Of a stretch of 64,000 nt of DNA, positions 33,601 through 45,385 are shown piece by piece. The notes beneath the pieces were generated by a model. It did no database searches. It had not been told where the DNA came from and saw only the letters and a program-made list of their open reading frames with translations. Source of the DNA: Flectonema sp. DT1601 (Eukaryota); contig OZ025792.1 of assembly GCA_964019425.1 (NCBI GenBank), forward strand, positions 806,001 to 870,000. Direction: 5' to 3'. Position 1 is the stretch's first letter, and every line of letters begins with the position of its first letter. The position numbers and the translations under genes are program-made.

Positions 33601-35937
33601 TTAGAGATTCTTCCTCTTGTTGGGAATTCTTTTGTTCTTCTTCTTCTTTGCGTTCTTCTTCTTTTTTCTGTCGTTTCTCCTTTTGTTTCTTCTCCTGTTT
33701 CTGCGGCGTCTTCTTCTCTGTCTGCGTCTTCTTCTTCTTCTATTTTTATCTCCGCAGTCTCCATCACCGCTGTCCTCATCGTCAGTAAGTGGAGGTGCTG
33801 TAACTGGAGGGTCTAATGGAGTGCAGCATTCAGCTACCTGCCCATCATTACATTCGCATAAACCGTCTTCATTACATGTTCCCATACCACCACAAGTGAT
33901 ATCAGCATCACAGTAAACCAAACAAGATTGTGAATCATCATCACTCTGATCATCAAGTATTGGATACCAATTACTTCTACACAAATCACACTCACCAGTT
34001 ACTTCATCAACTGCCATATTCGGATCAGAACAATAACAACTCTCATCGTAAAGTGAGTCAGCATCTTGGAAGACGAGTGTCAAGTACGTCGGGCAGTCAG
34101 TCATTGCGAAGGTGACACCAGAATATAGACATGCTTCTGCGATACATTGCGGGTAAGCATCCTGGCAGGCTATTCCAAATTCACAGCAACTCTGAGCGTA
34201 CTGAATTCGAATTGGATTTCCTTCGCAGACCAAAAGGGCGTCAGCAAAAGTAAGAAATCCGGGTGCTGATTGTTGCGGCTGAGGGCGTCTTTCCAATTCG
34301 AAGAAGGACGGGACGCAAGCCGAAACCTGTGTGAACCGATCAGATTTACAATGCGTATCTTCATAAGGAGATGGGTCGATCCATGTTTCACCAGTTGTTG
34401 ATAATCCCGTTTGTGAAAAGTCTGCATCAAAAACAAGTCCTGCTGGTTGCAATTCAGGACCAACGTACTCAAATAATAAATCCATATGGAAGGTTGGGTA
34501 CTGTGCATCGCTTGCGGTAATTTCCATAAATAACACGGCAATTCCATCGTTATTAAGCACCTCTCCGATAACTCTTCTGGGTTCTGACTCACTGTGTGTG
34601 AGTGAGAAGTAGTTTGATCCCCAAGATGAGTATTTTGGATTCAAATACGGATCCGTATCGAAAGTAATTTCATGAGCATAGCAGTCCGCAACTATCCAAG
34701 GAAGTGAAGTATCACCGAATTCAGATTTCGTTGGAGCAGATATGAATTCTATTAAATTAGCCACACCACCAAATACTTTTGTCACTACTGCGACATGTTT
34801 AATACAAGTACTTTGAAAGTAACACTCACCGTATGTCGCAGTTATCTTAACGAATTCATCAACATAAAGAATATAAGTTGTATTACTCAACCCATTAAAT
34901 AATAATGGACCTCTTGAATACGGTCCTAAGACGTGACCAACTCCCCACCATAGTGATTCTTGTCCACAATGAGGTCCCTTATATCTAGCGTACATAGTAC
35001 AGGTAATCTGATTAACTCCGTTAGCATCTTGGTACTGACCAGGACAACGTGCATATAAGTCAGTTCCAATTTCTTTATCAGCTGGACATTCACATCTATT
35101 CTGAATGCTATCCCAGGTCCCGTTAACACATTTCAACTCCGAAACGAATTCAAACTCTTCAACATATCGAAGCGGAGTTAGGTCAGGATTATTTTTGTAC
35201 ACACACCCGAGAGTAACATTAAAGTTATTGTCAACTGTTGGAACAGAGCACATTGCACAAGCCACTTCGGTTGTTAAATTCCAAATGATGTTCTTAAAAG
35301 TATTGTCATGAGATCCAGGACTCGTATACATCCAGCAACCTTCTTTCTTACAATACATGTCACGAACACCACCTTCACCTTCGATACCTGACCACCTAAA
35401 TAATTGATCTTTACTGAAGCTCTGCATTCCCCAAGATTCCTTCGACCATCCCGACTCGTAAATTGATTCGTTGTTTTGGGCACCGCTTGTAGAAGGATGC
35501 TCACCTCCATTAGCAGAACAAGCAGCTAACATGAGAGGACTATCTCTTATTGCTATTGACACCTGTTCATTCCAAATAATAGAACCAGACTCATGATCAG
35601 CTCTTAAGAGATTGTGGTACTCTAAAATAGTTTCCGACTGCCACTGTGAAGGTGTGATGAAGCAGCCTCCTCCTGTAGTTGTGTCGCAGGCTGTTTTAGG
35701 ACTCGGATCCGTATCTGGACTGGTGGGTACTCCGTGAGCGAATTCACAGCAATCAAAACATGCCGCTAACGGAAATGTGTCAGCGCACCCAAACTCAGCA
35801 CATCCAAACCCATTTGGTTTGCAGATATCTTCCCCTCCACTCCCACATCGTTCAATATTGTGACTCGGCCTCGTACATGGCGCTGAGGCTCCAGCCAGTG
35901 GCACCAGCAGTGCTGTGATACCAAACAGCAGCAACAT
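33601..35937 (-). CDS. Secreted cysteine-rich protein: CAP/SCP domain, EGF-like and possible VWD-like region, polybasic tail
   Basis: Signal peptide MLLLFGITALLVPLAGA; ILEYHNLLRADH..IIWN and FKNIIWNLTTEVACA (CAP); CGGMGTCNEDGLCEC (EGF); Arg/Lys tail. Confidence 0.75.
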   Translation of the reverse strand: MLLLFGITALLVPLAGASAPCTRPSHNIERCGSGGEDICKPNGFGCAEFGCADTFPLAACFDCCEFAHGVPTSPDTDPSPKTACDTTTGGGCFITPSQWQSETILEYHNLLRADHESGSIIWNEQVSIAIRDSPLMLAACSANGGEHPSTSGAQNNESIYESGWSKESWGMQSFSKDQLFRWSGIEGEGGVRDMYCKKEGCWMYTSPGSHDNTFKNIIWNLTTEVACAMCSVPTVDNNFNVTLGCVYKNNPDLTPLRYVEEFEFVSELKCVNGTWDSIQNRCECPADKEIGTDLYARCPGQYQDANGVNQITCTMYARYKGPHCGQESLWWGVGHVLGPYSRGPLLFNGLSNTTYILYVDEFVKITATYGECYFQSTCIKHVAVVTKVFGGVANLIEFISAPTKSEFGDTSLPWIVADCYAHEITFDTDPYLNPKYSSWGSNYFSLTHSESEPRRVIGEVLNNDGIAVLFMEITASDAQYPTFHMDLLFEYVGPELQPAGLVFDADFSQTGLSTTGETWIDPSPYEDTHCKSDRFTQVSACVPSFFELERRPQPQQSAPGFLTFADALLVCEGNPIRIQYAQSCCEFGIACQDAYPQCIAEACLYSGVTFAMTDCPTYLTLVFQDADSLYDESCYCSDPNMAVDEVTGECDLCRSNWYPILDDQSDDDSQSCLVYCDADITCGGMGTCNEDGLCECNDGQVAECCTPLDPPVTAPPLTDDEDSGDGDCGDKNRRRRRRRQRRRRRRNRRRNKRRNDRKKKKNAKKKKNKRIPNKRKNL

Positions 35938-36238
35938 AAAACTATTTCTTTTTGACAAACCGTTGGTGTTAAACTGCGGGATGGGATGAGAAGTAAATAA
36001 AGTAATAAAACAGAACAGAGAGAAGTACTCCACCGTGAGGTAACCCAACACGACATTTAATTAATTATTTTGTAAGTCTGCAGAACAAGTTCATAACTCG
36101 CACTTGACAATCTCATCAGAGGTGAGCTTAAAAAGTGTAAATGGTTAAATACTACCCACCCGATAAGTAACTTATTCAAATTAAATATAAGCAAACCGAT
36201 GCCTAACGTACTCTTCACTCTAATCGGAGTGACGAGTC

Positions 36239-38113
36239 CTAATCGACACTGAGAGGAGAGACTCTTGAGGTAGCTCGTGGTCTCGCAAACATGTCATTCA
36301 GTCTGCTACTCGGAGGGTATGGCATGTTGTCAGGTTTACTGGCCTGTTTCATAAACATCGTTTTTACGTCACACGATTTCGTCCTCGCAGTCCTTCGAAC
36401 TTTCAACCTGCAAGGAGACCTTGAGAGAGCCTTCAGTTCTGCAGGCGGCTCAGTCTTTTTCAAAATTTGCGAATTCTTCCGTCGTAGAAAAGCCGCGAGA
36501 TACGTCTCATCAGCTGCCTTTGAAATGAGTGCGGCTCGAGGAATGTTAAAATGATTTCCCCGCCTAGCAGTTCCTCTAGTTTCTCCAATTCTTAAATCGA
36601 TTGTATCTTTATGAACAGCTGTAACAGTACCGAGTATTCCAACTAGATTAGATAAGTCTTCAGTAGGAGTGATTCCTAATACAGAACAATGATATTCCAA
36701 CTCGTCTACAATTTCTGTTACAGTAGCGAGGTCTCCAGGCTTCCATTCTGTTTGATGTTCTTCAGGAGGGAGTTGTCTTGTGTCACCACCTTTATTATCA
36801 TTACAAAATGTATTTTTCGTCTTACTAATCATTACCGCAGGCTGTGGAGTGTCAGAAACAGAAACTTCCGCTTCCTTGTTTTGTTGGAGTCTCCAGTCGA
36901 GCATTTCCTTAAACAGTGCGACCTCGCTCTTAGCTCCTGATAGCTGAATATTTAATTTATTTATCATCATTCGTACTGCTGACCCTGCTTTGTTTGCTTG
37001 TTGTCCGTATTCTCTGTTTAGTTCAACAGCAGCTAACCAAGCTTGTTCTAACCATGATATATAATTCGAAACCTCGACCAAGTTATCAGCTCCCATGACA
37101 CGCTGCTTACCATGTTGATTGTAGAAGACAACTGTAGAACTGCCTCTCGACTCACCTTCGATATCTCTCATGACGAGTTGCTTTCGATGAGGGCAGGCGG
37201 AATCAAAAGAGTGAAGTGTTAGTGTCTGTGCGAGAGGTCGAAGTGGATACATTTGATGAATCACTCGAATATCAATTGGGCAGAACTTCGCCCCAACACA
37301 TGGATACGAACTGAACAGATATGAAAATATTTGTGACGTCCTAAAACAGAGCGACTCATCGTGTGAATTGAAGTCTCGTCCTCCACAATATTTGTTACTG
37401 AGTTGTAAGACACCGAGACATTTTCCATTTTCTCTGGTTAAAGGAAGCAGTAGAGCTGACCAGACTCGATATGCACTTCCTGAAACATTTCGAGATCCTT
37501 TAAATTGATAATTGCAACCTGTTGAACTTGGAACTGCTATCCGAGATGAGTAACAGGAGGAGACTAAACCTTCCGCGTTGCTACATCGCAGTTCGTTTGG
37601 CTTCATCGATCCGTAGCCGTAGGCTACTGCACCAATCATATCACCTCCGTCTTTATGAGGCACCCATACGACTGCTCTTTCAGCACCAGCTTCTTTAGCT
37701 GTTGCTTCTAAAATAAAATATAAAACTGTAGTTAGTGATTGATGAATACAAATCGGAACTTCCGTTGTTCGAATGGGAAGCTCCATGGCAGGCTCTTTCT
37801 CTTTGTCTTTATCTTTCTTTTGTTCATTTACTTCGGAATTGGGGACAGGGTTAATCCCAGCAATTGGAAAACTACCAGACAGCTCTTGAACCAACTCATG
37901 AGCACCAGAAGTGATCTCCATTAATCGTTTAGACCAACTGTCAGATAATTTCTTTCCCAAGTCTGACGGCTTTACTCGAGAAATCTCTTCTGCTAAATCA
38001 TTTAACTTATCACATTTTAGTTTTAGTTTCCAACATGATCTTCTCGGTTGGATTGTTTCCGCTGGCAACGTATTACCGAAATGATCGCTGTGACTCCTCC
38101 CATTGTCAATCAT
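36239..38113 (-). CDS. GAF-domain protein (624 aa)
   Basis: ILEATAKEAGAERAVVW..EGLVSSCY..SALLLPLTRENGKCLGVLQLSNKYCGGRDFNSHDE (GAF NKxxxxxFxxxDE motif). Confidence 0.85.
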   Translation of the reverse strand: MIDNGRSHSDHFGNTLPAETIQPRRSCWKLKLKCDKLNDLAEEISRVKPSDLGKKLSDSWSKRLMEITSGAHELVQELSGSFPIAGINPVPNSEVNEQKKDKDKEKEPAMELPIRTTEVPICIHQSLTTVLYFILEATAKEAGAERAVVWVPHKDGGDMIGAVAYGYGSMKPNELRCSNAEGLVSSCYSSRIAVPSSTGCNYQFKGSRNVSGSAYRVWSALLLPLTRENGKCLGVLQLSNKYCGGRDFNSHDESLCFRTSQIFSYLFSSYPCVGAKFCPIDIRVIHQMYPLRPLAQTLTLHSFDSACPHRKQLVMRDIEGESRGSSTVVFYNQHGKQRVMGADNLVEVSNYISWLEQAWLAAVELNREYGQQANKAGSAVRMMINKLNIQLSGAKSEVALFKEMLDWRLQQNKEAEVSVSDTPQPAVMISKTKNTFCNDNKGGDTRQLPPEEHQTEWKPGDLATVTEIVDELEYHCSVLGITPTEDLSNLVGILGTVTAVHKDTIDLRIGETRGTARRGNHFNIPRAALISKAADETYLAAFLRRKNSQILKKTEPPAELKALSRSPCRLKVRRTARTKSCDVKTMFMKQASKPDNMPYPPSSRLNDMFARPRATSRVSPLSVD

Positions 38114-38590
38114 TTCTGTAACTGGAACAAAATAAATATACTTAAGTCATTTCTTCTTCCTTTTCTGAACAAAATTCCATCTCGCAGAGAACATCCGGTC
38201 AGGTAGGTGAGCTGTCCAAAAAAAAAGAAGGGTCAAGGAGTCACCCGACAACAAAATCTGACCACTACGAAATTCTATTTCCAACAATACTCACCAGAGC
38301 AAACTTTATTGCGCCAACTGGTGGTAGTTCGGAGCAGTTCTCTGAATTGCGTGTACGGATGCCTAGGCTCACGTTATTAAGTTAACATGAATAAACCTGA
38401 GGATATTGTCTGCATTATTCTGGGGATGGGAGGGGGAGTAGGGAGGGTGGCAAGCATGACAAACATCCGTCGTATCTCTAATAAGTTTCATTTCGATAAG
38501 GTAGTGTGGCTAAAAGATGGCTAAAAGAAACTTGTTTTGCACGCTGTAAAGAAAAAAGAGAAAAAATCTTCCAAAAATGTCTACAACCTC

Positions 38591-41439
38591 TCAATTCTTA
38601 TCATCAACATCTTCTCCTCTCATCTTTGCTAACTCTTCTTTGGTCTTCGCTGGCCATACGGAGGCGTAACCTTCTGTACCGAACTGAGTCTGTTTTTAGT
38701 TGGAAGGTAGAGATCAGAATAGAGAGTCCTTGGAAGGTAAAAAAAAGTAAACTACACACCTGCTCCAGAATCCAAGGCTCTCTATCACCCATAACAGCTG
38801 GTGGGAGTTCACGTGACAGATCATAGGAAGGGTCGATAAACGGCTGCCTTGGAGATCCATTAACTGAGCACCAAATATCTGCGTAGATCTTTATCGCTTT
38901 TGAGTGGTCGATAATATCTTCTGTTCTGTCGGAAACATCAATTCTGTTTTAGTTATTGTTGTCTTCCTCATGAGGATTGAATTTCATATAAAAAAAAAGA
39001 AAGAAAAAGACCAACAGGCTCAACAATAATAATACAAAAAGACAACACAATAAAAGGAAAAGGTCAAGAAGTATAAAGAGGTTACTAATTGCTATCTACA
39101 TACCCGTCAATTTGCCTGACGGTCTTGGTCCAGTTTTCATAAAACTTTCTAAGTTTCCATGACAGTTGTCTGACGTATGTTGCGATAGTTGGAAGCTTCT
39201 TCAGTTGATGAGTATTCAGAGAGATAGGTCCGTTATAACCTGTTTCACTGATAGTGACGTTGTGATGTAATCCAATACCATCCGCGATAGTCATTAGAAC
39301 ACCAGAGCAGTTCTTATGCCTCGACATCATATGCCAACTAAACTTTCTTCCGTGTTCAGTCCAAGCAACTTGTTGATTTGTTCTAAAGTGGTAGTACACT
39401 GAACGGAGTGGGAGGAGGCATTCAATTATTGCTACAAAGATAAATATCAAACAGACAAAGACTCTGAATAATGGAGAATGTTTCTTACTAACTTTTGGTT
39501 GTGGAACACGAATAGTTCCATAAGGCTGAGTGTACCAAGTGCTGTGAAGATAGTGTTGGTAAACTTCATCAGTGAAGGCAGGTACGTTCGGATATACTTT
39601 TGCTCCGGTCCATCTGGCGAGTTTACGGGACCAAATCTCAAAGATTTCGAGTTTCTTAGGAAACGTGTCGGGTGTTAAAGTTAGCCTCTGCGCCCAGTCA
39701 GCTGATGATCTGATGAATCTTCTTGTCTCAAAAGTATCAACTAGAAGTGGAATAGATCCAAGCATCATCCAAGGAAACACTCCAATATTAAACATTATCA
39801 TATTGGATAAATTAAAGAAAATGAATCCGAAAAGGGCAAACATTCTCAGGGGACTGTAAGCGAAGTACAGAGGACCAACCATATCAAAAACCAAACCACC
39901 CCATCCGAGGAAGAAGACGCACAGCTCAGCAACAATCCACGGGACTTCTCCATCAAAACCTGCTCTCATGACATGTCCACTGACCCAGTCGTTGTTAAGT
40001 TTTGCGACAAATCCGTAAAAAAATACGAACAATATAAACGCCCTAAATATAAAATGGTGGAAATACGAAAACGTCTGTATCTCATTCACGTTTTCTTGCG
40101 GTTTTTCTTTACTTTTTTTAGTGAAGATTCCCTTAAGGAACTTCACAGGATCGAACTTTAGGCATCTATCAGTTCTGGCGATTAAGAATAGGAATCCAAG
40201 AGTCAGAATTAAATAATAATGATTATTATAGTGAGTAGCTTCAGAGAAGAAGTGCCAGGCAAAGGTTGGGATGAATAGCAAGCAGCTAAGACGGTATGGC
40301 CAACCAATCATGATACCGAATGAAGCAAGTCCCATTAAGTAGTAAACATAGTAGCAGTAAGGTTCACCAAGATCAGGTCCTAACCATTCCATGTAGTCGT
40401 ATTTAAATCTCATGCCAGACCAGCCGTGGTCTCTATAAACTCTTCCTTCATAGACAGCTTTGAATGCATAATCAATCATTAAGTATCCAAATAGAATTCT
40501 AAATATCGCTAACGGAAGGGGATCAGTTCTTAGGAACATCCATTCCTGAATTGAGAGATTACTTCCCCATCTAAATGGTAATGAACAAAGTGGGAAAAAC
40601 CAAGACGAAGCAGCACTCGGTTCGAAGTCAATCCAACCTGATTGAGAATGAACTGAGAACCCAAATGATCGTTGAATCCCAAAATTAACTTCTTTCATTT
40701 CTCTTTCAGCGCAGCCTTTCTTAATGTCTTGCTGCAACTCATAAGATCCGAGCGTGTCAATTAAAATAGGAAGCTCAGATTCCTTCTTCTGTTCGGCTTC
40801 AATCATCTGAACGACGTTATTAATTCCTTCTAATTCACAGCTGATGTCAGCTCCGGAAATCTTTTTCGCGGCTATCTCAAGATCCTTAAACATTCCATGT
40901 TTTCCAGATAAGATAATTTTAACAAAAGGAGGTCTCTTCTGATCCTTCACAGTTGGAAGCACTTCCAAGAGATTTGAAACGAAGGTCAGCTCCTCCTCGC
41001 TGTGAACGAACCAAAATATCTTCGCTCTCTTCATCTTTGAAGGTGCTTCCCATCGAAGCATTGCTATCAGAGGAATCTGAGCAAGTTGAGAAACACCGCA
41101 ATTCAAAATGAAGTATGGCGTTACTTGTTCACCACGACCAAGTACAGACCCACCATAACACTGAACATGAACTTCAAGTTTCAGACCAACGTTGAGGTGC
41201 TCCTTATTGATTCTCGTGAATTTTCTGACGTCGGAAAAGAAAATGGCGGCTTTCTCCCCGACGGTAGACAAAATTGAAAACCCGTCGAAGGAGACTTCCG
41301 TCCCTTCTCTTCTCAACATAACGTATATTCCCGGAATAGAAGCTTTCGGGATTCCATCGAAGAATAAAACGACGCCATTATCGAGTTTCTTTGCGTCTGT
41401 TGCTGTCCAAATACAAGTTTCTGTCTTTTTTTCCGTCAT
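38591..41439 (-). CDS. Vitamin K-dependent gamma-carboxylase-like (HTTM) protein with N-terminal FNR-like domain, copy 2; exons 41439-39104, 38943-38760, 38689-38591
   Basis: LAIFRILFGYLM, YNNHYYL, AKLNNDW, FNIGVFPWMML, WTEHGRKFSWHMM; spliced C-terminal exon IYADIWCSVNGSPRQPFIDPSYDL matches the GGCX IYFDIWVSIN..QRIFDP region. Confidence 0.88.
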
Positions 41440-41722
41440 ATTTGTAAGATCTGCTTTGGAGGGCAAGAAGTTAAAGCCTGCCTTCTCTTTGTGCGCAAAT
41501 GCTGAGAAGATGGTGTAAATGGTCAGGAAAGCCGTCCGAACACGTGCTGCGGATAATTATCAGAGCTCGTGGTGTGGAGGAGATGCCGGGGGAAAATAAG
41601 GGGGAAAAAAAAAATAAGGGAAGAAAGCAGAAGAATACAAAAAAAAAAAAAAAATAAGGAAAATCATTGAGCCTTGGTCAAACAATAAATATTGAATAAT
41701 AATAAAAAACACTGACACATAC

Positions 41723-44082
41723 TGCGCCAAGACGTTTCCGCTCATCTTCTGCTCGAGATGCTTTCTTATCTTCCAGCAGTATTGTCTAACGTATGTCGGT
41801 ACAAGGCAAAGCTTCTTAACTTGATGAGAGCTCAGTACTACCGGAGCCTTATACAGTTCTGGGTTCCTGGAATCAGGGATCGAATAATTAATCATCAGCT
41901 CATTATCAACCATGACGGTAATGTTTCCATCACATAACTTGTGTCGAGACATCATATGCCAACTAAACTTTCTTCCATGCTCTGTCCAAGCAACTTGTTG
42001 ATTACTACCGTGATGGTAATAGTGTGAACGGAATGGGTACACACATTCAATAACAATTACAATGAAAAGGAATAGAACGGATGCGAATCTAAAAACTGCT
42101 GGTTTTGAAGACTTTAAGACTGGCTGCTCAACTCTTAAAGTTCCTCCTGGCTGACTGTACCAAGTGCTGTGAAGGAAGTTTTGATAAATCTGATCTCTGT
42201 GTGGAGGAACAATCACTCGAATCCTTTCAACCCAACGAACTACACGAGAACGAACTCCACGTTCAAGAGATTGAAATGATTTTGGAAGAACACATTTAGA
42301 GCGACAAACGTTTTCAATTCTGTCGCAGTTCCAACGAATAAACTCACGAGGTTGATGTGTATCAACAAGAATTGGAATACAGCCAAGCATCATCCAAGGA
42401 AACACACCAATTGTAAACATAATCATGTTACACATATTAAAGAACATGAATCCCAACAATGAGAATGTTCTTAACGGGCTGTAACATAAATACAAAGGTC
42501 CAACCATATCAAAAACAAGACCACCCCAAGTGAGGAAGAAAACCAACAACTCAGATGCTACCCAGGGCAGTCCTTCGTCATCAAAACCCGCACGCATTGC
42601 GTGTCCGCTGCACCAATCGTTGTTAAGCTTTGCGAAGAATCCATAGAAGAAGACGAACAAGACAAACCCTCTAAAAACAAAGTGAGAATAGTACGACATC
42701 CTCGGGACTTCATTAACATTCTCTTCAGGTTTTATCTTCTCACCATTAGCGTCTACTTTCGGCTTCAAATAATTCTTCAAAATTCGAATCGGATCAAACT
42801 TAAGACAGGCATCAGCCCTCGTAATTAAAAAGAAGATCCCAAGACAAGTAATCAAATAATAATGATTATTGTAATGCGTAGCTTCAACAAAGAAATGCCA
42901 TGCGAAAGTAATTGAAAAAACTAAACTGCTAAGACGATATGGCCAACCAAGACCAATTCCAATGGAAGCTAACCCCATGACGTAATAAACATAGTAGCAG
43001 TAAGGGTCTCCCAGATCAGGTCCTAGCCATTCCATGTAGTCGTATTTAAATCTCATGTCTGTTTCAACGTAGGATCTCTGGGCTTTGCCTTCGGTTATTG
43101 TTTTCAAGGCATAGTCGAACATTAAATATCCAAATAGGATTCTGAATATAGCTAACGGAAGGGGATCTGTCTGTAGAAACATCCATTCCTGAACTGGTAA
43201 GTTATTACCCCACTTGAAAGGAGTAAAATTTAAAGGAAACAACCACGAGGTAGCTGACTGGTTCTGAAAATCAATCCAAGAAGAACGATTTAACTCCGGG
43301 AATCCGAATGACGCTTGAACTCCAAAAGTCACATTTTCAACGTCTTTAAAATTCTTCTTCAGATCCTCATGTAGTTCATGTGTTCCAATAGTCTCCAATA
43401 CAATCTTCTTGTCTTTTTCTTTTGTGATGAAATCCTTGAGGATAGGAACAGCTTTATTAATACCTTCCGCTTCACACACTACTTCAACTCCAGGAAGCTT
43501 TTTAGCCGTTGCTTGCAATTCTGTGAAGTCACCATGTTTACCAGAGAGAATGATTTGAACTTCAACGGCTCTCTTCTGTTTGGAAGATTTCTGTCTGTCA
43601 AGTACGGCAGCCACCAGTTCAATCTCTTCAGAAGAATGAACAAACCAAAATATTTTTGGTATTTTCATTTCTGCAGGTACATCCCAGCGCATGATGGACG
43701 CTAATGGTATCAAGGCGAGAGGAGTAACTCCGCAATTCAAAACAAAACAAACTTTACTCTCCGCAGAGCGTGAGATCGGAGAAGCACCTCCAGGTTTCTT
43801 CATCACTTCAAACTTCGGACTCTCACTCAGAAGGTAGTCTCTGTGTGTAATTGTGAATCGACGTCGGGATGAAAAGTAAACCACAACATCCTCTCCAACA
43901 GTATTCGCCATTGAGAATGCATCAAAATCAACGGAGCTTCCATCTTTTCTGATTTTAATGAACGCACCGGGGAATTTGTTACTTGCCTTTCCATCAAAAT
44001 GAACCAAAATACCACTCGGCAGAACCTCCTGCTTCACTGCTGTCCAGGTGGTATAAGGATTCTCTTCCGGCTCAGATGACAT
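41723..44082 (-). CDS. Vitamin K-dependent gamma-carboxylase-like (HTTM) protein with N-terminal FNR-like domain, copy 1; large first exon lacking its own C-terminal exons
   Basis: Paralogous to copy 2 throughout; ends at a phase-2 GTATGT donor (41722) at the homologous position. Read-through to 41560 is low-complexity intron-like sequence. Confidence 0.85.
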
Positions 44083-44215
44083 TTTTAATAATTTCTGTAA
44101 TAAAAAATATTTTAATAAAAAAACACCAACTAGGAAGTCAATTAATAGCGAGAAAAGGAAAATAGCTCAGAAATTCCTGATGGATGTCTTTTGACAGAAA
44201 ATCCTATATTTTGCA

Positions 44216-45385
44216 TCACTGAAGTAGTGCAGCCAACAGCTTGTCGGGATCCATCTCTGGTTTGTATCTACTTTTGGGTTGTCCTCCAGTTATGAGAATC
44301 TGTTCTAAGGCTTGTTTAATTTCTCTAGTTTGGGGAACATCATTAATTCTCATTTGATCAGAAAGGATGTCAGCTGACCTCACAGATCCAATCTTTATAT
44401 AAACTTTTAGCATTGCGAGGTAAACGAATACGACGTCTCTTTCTTTATTGCGAAACACTTTTTGAAATACCTCCTCCGCAGCAAGAAAACTCGCATCTCC
44501 AAACGAACAAGTCCGCTCTCTGTGGCTGTCAATTAAACAGCAGTGAGACTCTGTAGTGTGTTTAGACATTTCGTTGTAAATGGTTTCTAATTTATTGTGT
44601 TCGTTGGATGCCAAGTAGCAACGCATTAGAGCATTCTGCGAAGAATGACTGAGAACGGCCGACTTGAATTGTGTGCTGAGTAGTCGTTCAGCAGATTCTG
44701 ATGGAGAGTTTGATATAATACAAAGTCTTCTAAATACTTGAGAGTACACTCCGTCATCCATCACAACTCTGGTGTCGTTCTGTAAGCGGGTTAGGATGTT
44801 AATTAAATCATTTTCAGTCTGTGATGTTCCTAAGTAAGCAGTCCAGTCTTGAATAGATAATTCATCGAATGTTGTGTAAAGTGAACTTCTCTCTGATGCA
44901 GTATCGGAATCACCTGCTCTAGTCATTACCGATACAAACTTTGTCAGAGTTCTAGAAGTGTGTATAATCCCATTGTTAGTCATCTCACTTTCAATTTCCC
45001 TCAAGAAGGGAGCGTCTCTGGCTGCAAACTTGCCTCTTTCAATAACTTGTTGATAGTTCTTTTTGGATAATTTAACTCCTCGACTTAGAAGTTCTGAATA
45101 CACTTTGTTGGCTCTACCCACGGCCCCAATTCTACAAAGTACTTCAAGTGCTGCTACCAAGGTCTCATTACCAACTCCAGGTTTCGCACAAGCGTCCGTA
45201 ACGAGTCCACCCACAGCTGCTGGTGATAACTTCATCGTTTTTATTGTCCGCAACTTCCTTGCCGCCTGGAGGTCTTCCTGCTGAAGAGTTAGCTTGTGTC
45301 TTCTCCCTATTATTGGCAAGTTGTTCTTCTTCACAGCCCCCAGCTGTGCAACTGCTCTGCTGCAGTCTCGAAAAAGGTGTTTCAT
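44216..45385 (-). CDS. Pentatricopeptide-repeat-like protein, probably mitochondrial
   Basis: Degenerate 35-aa repeats (LEVLCRIGAVGRANKVYSELLSRGVK; YLAMLKVYIKIGSVRSADILSDQMRINDV); basic N-terminal presequence-like segment. Confidence 0.65.
   Translation of the reverse strand: MKHLFRDCSRAVAQLGAVKKNNLPIIGRRHKLTLQQEDLQAARKLRTIKTMKLSPAAVGGLVTDACAKPGVGNETLVAALEVLCRIGAVGRANKVYSELLSRGVKLSKKNYQQVIERGKFAARDAPFLREIESEMTNNGIIHTSRTLTKFVSVMTRAGDSDTASERSSLYTTFDELSIQDWTAYLGTSQTENDLINILTRLQNDTRVVMDDGVYSQVFRRLCIISNSPSESAERLLSTQFKSAVLSHSSQNALMRCYLASNEHNKLETIYNEMSKHTTESHCCLIDSHRERTCSFGDASFLAAEEVFQKVFRNKERDVVFVYLAMLKVYIKIGSVRSADILSDQMRINDVPQTREIKQALEQILITGGQPKSRYKPEMDPDKLLAALLQ

Noticed and set aside
41440..41722. 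Splicing of carboxylase copy 1 into copy 2 to make one double-length protein
   Set aside because: Donor at 41722 is phase 2 whereas the nearby acceptor at about 41547 needs phase 1 to enter the copy 2 frame.
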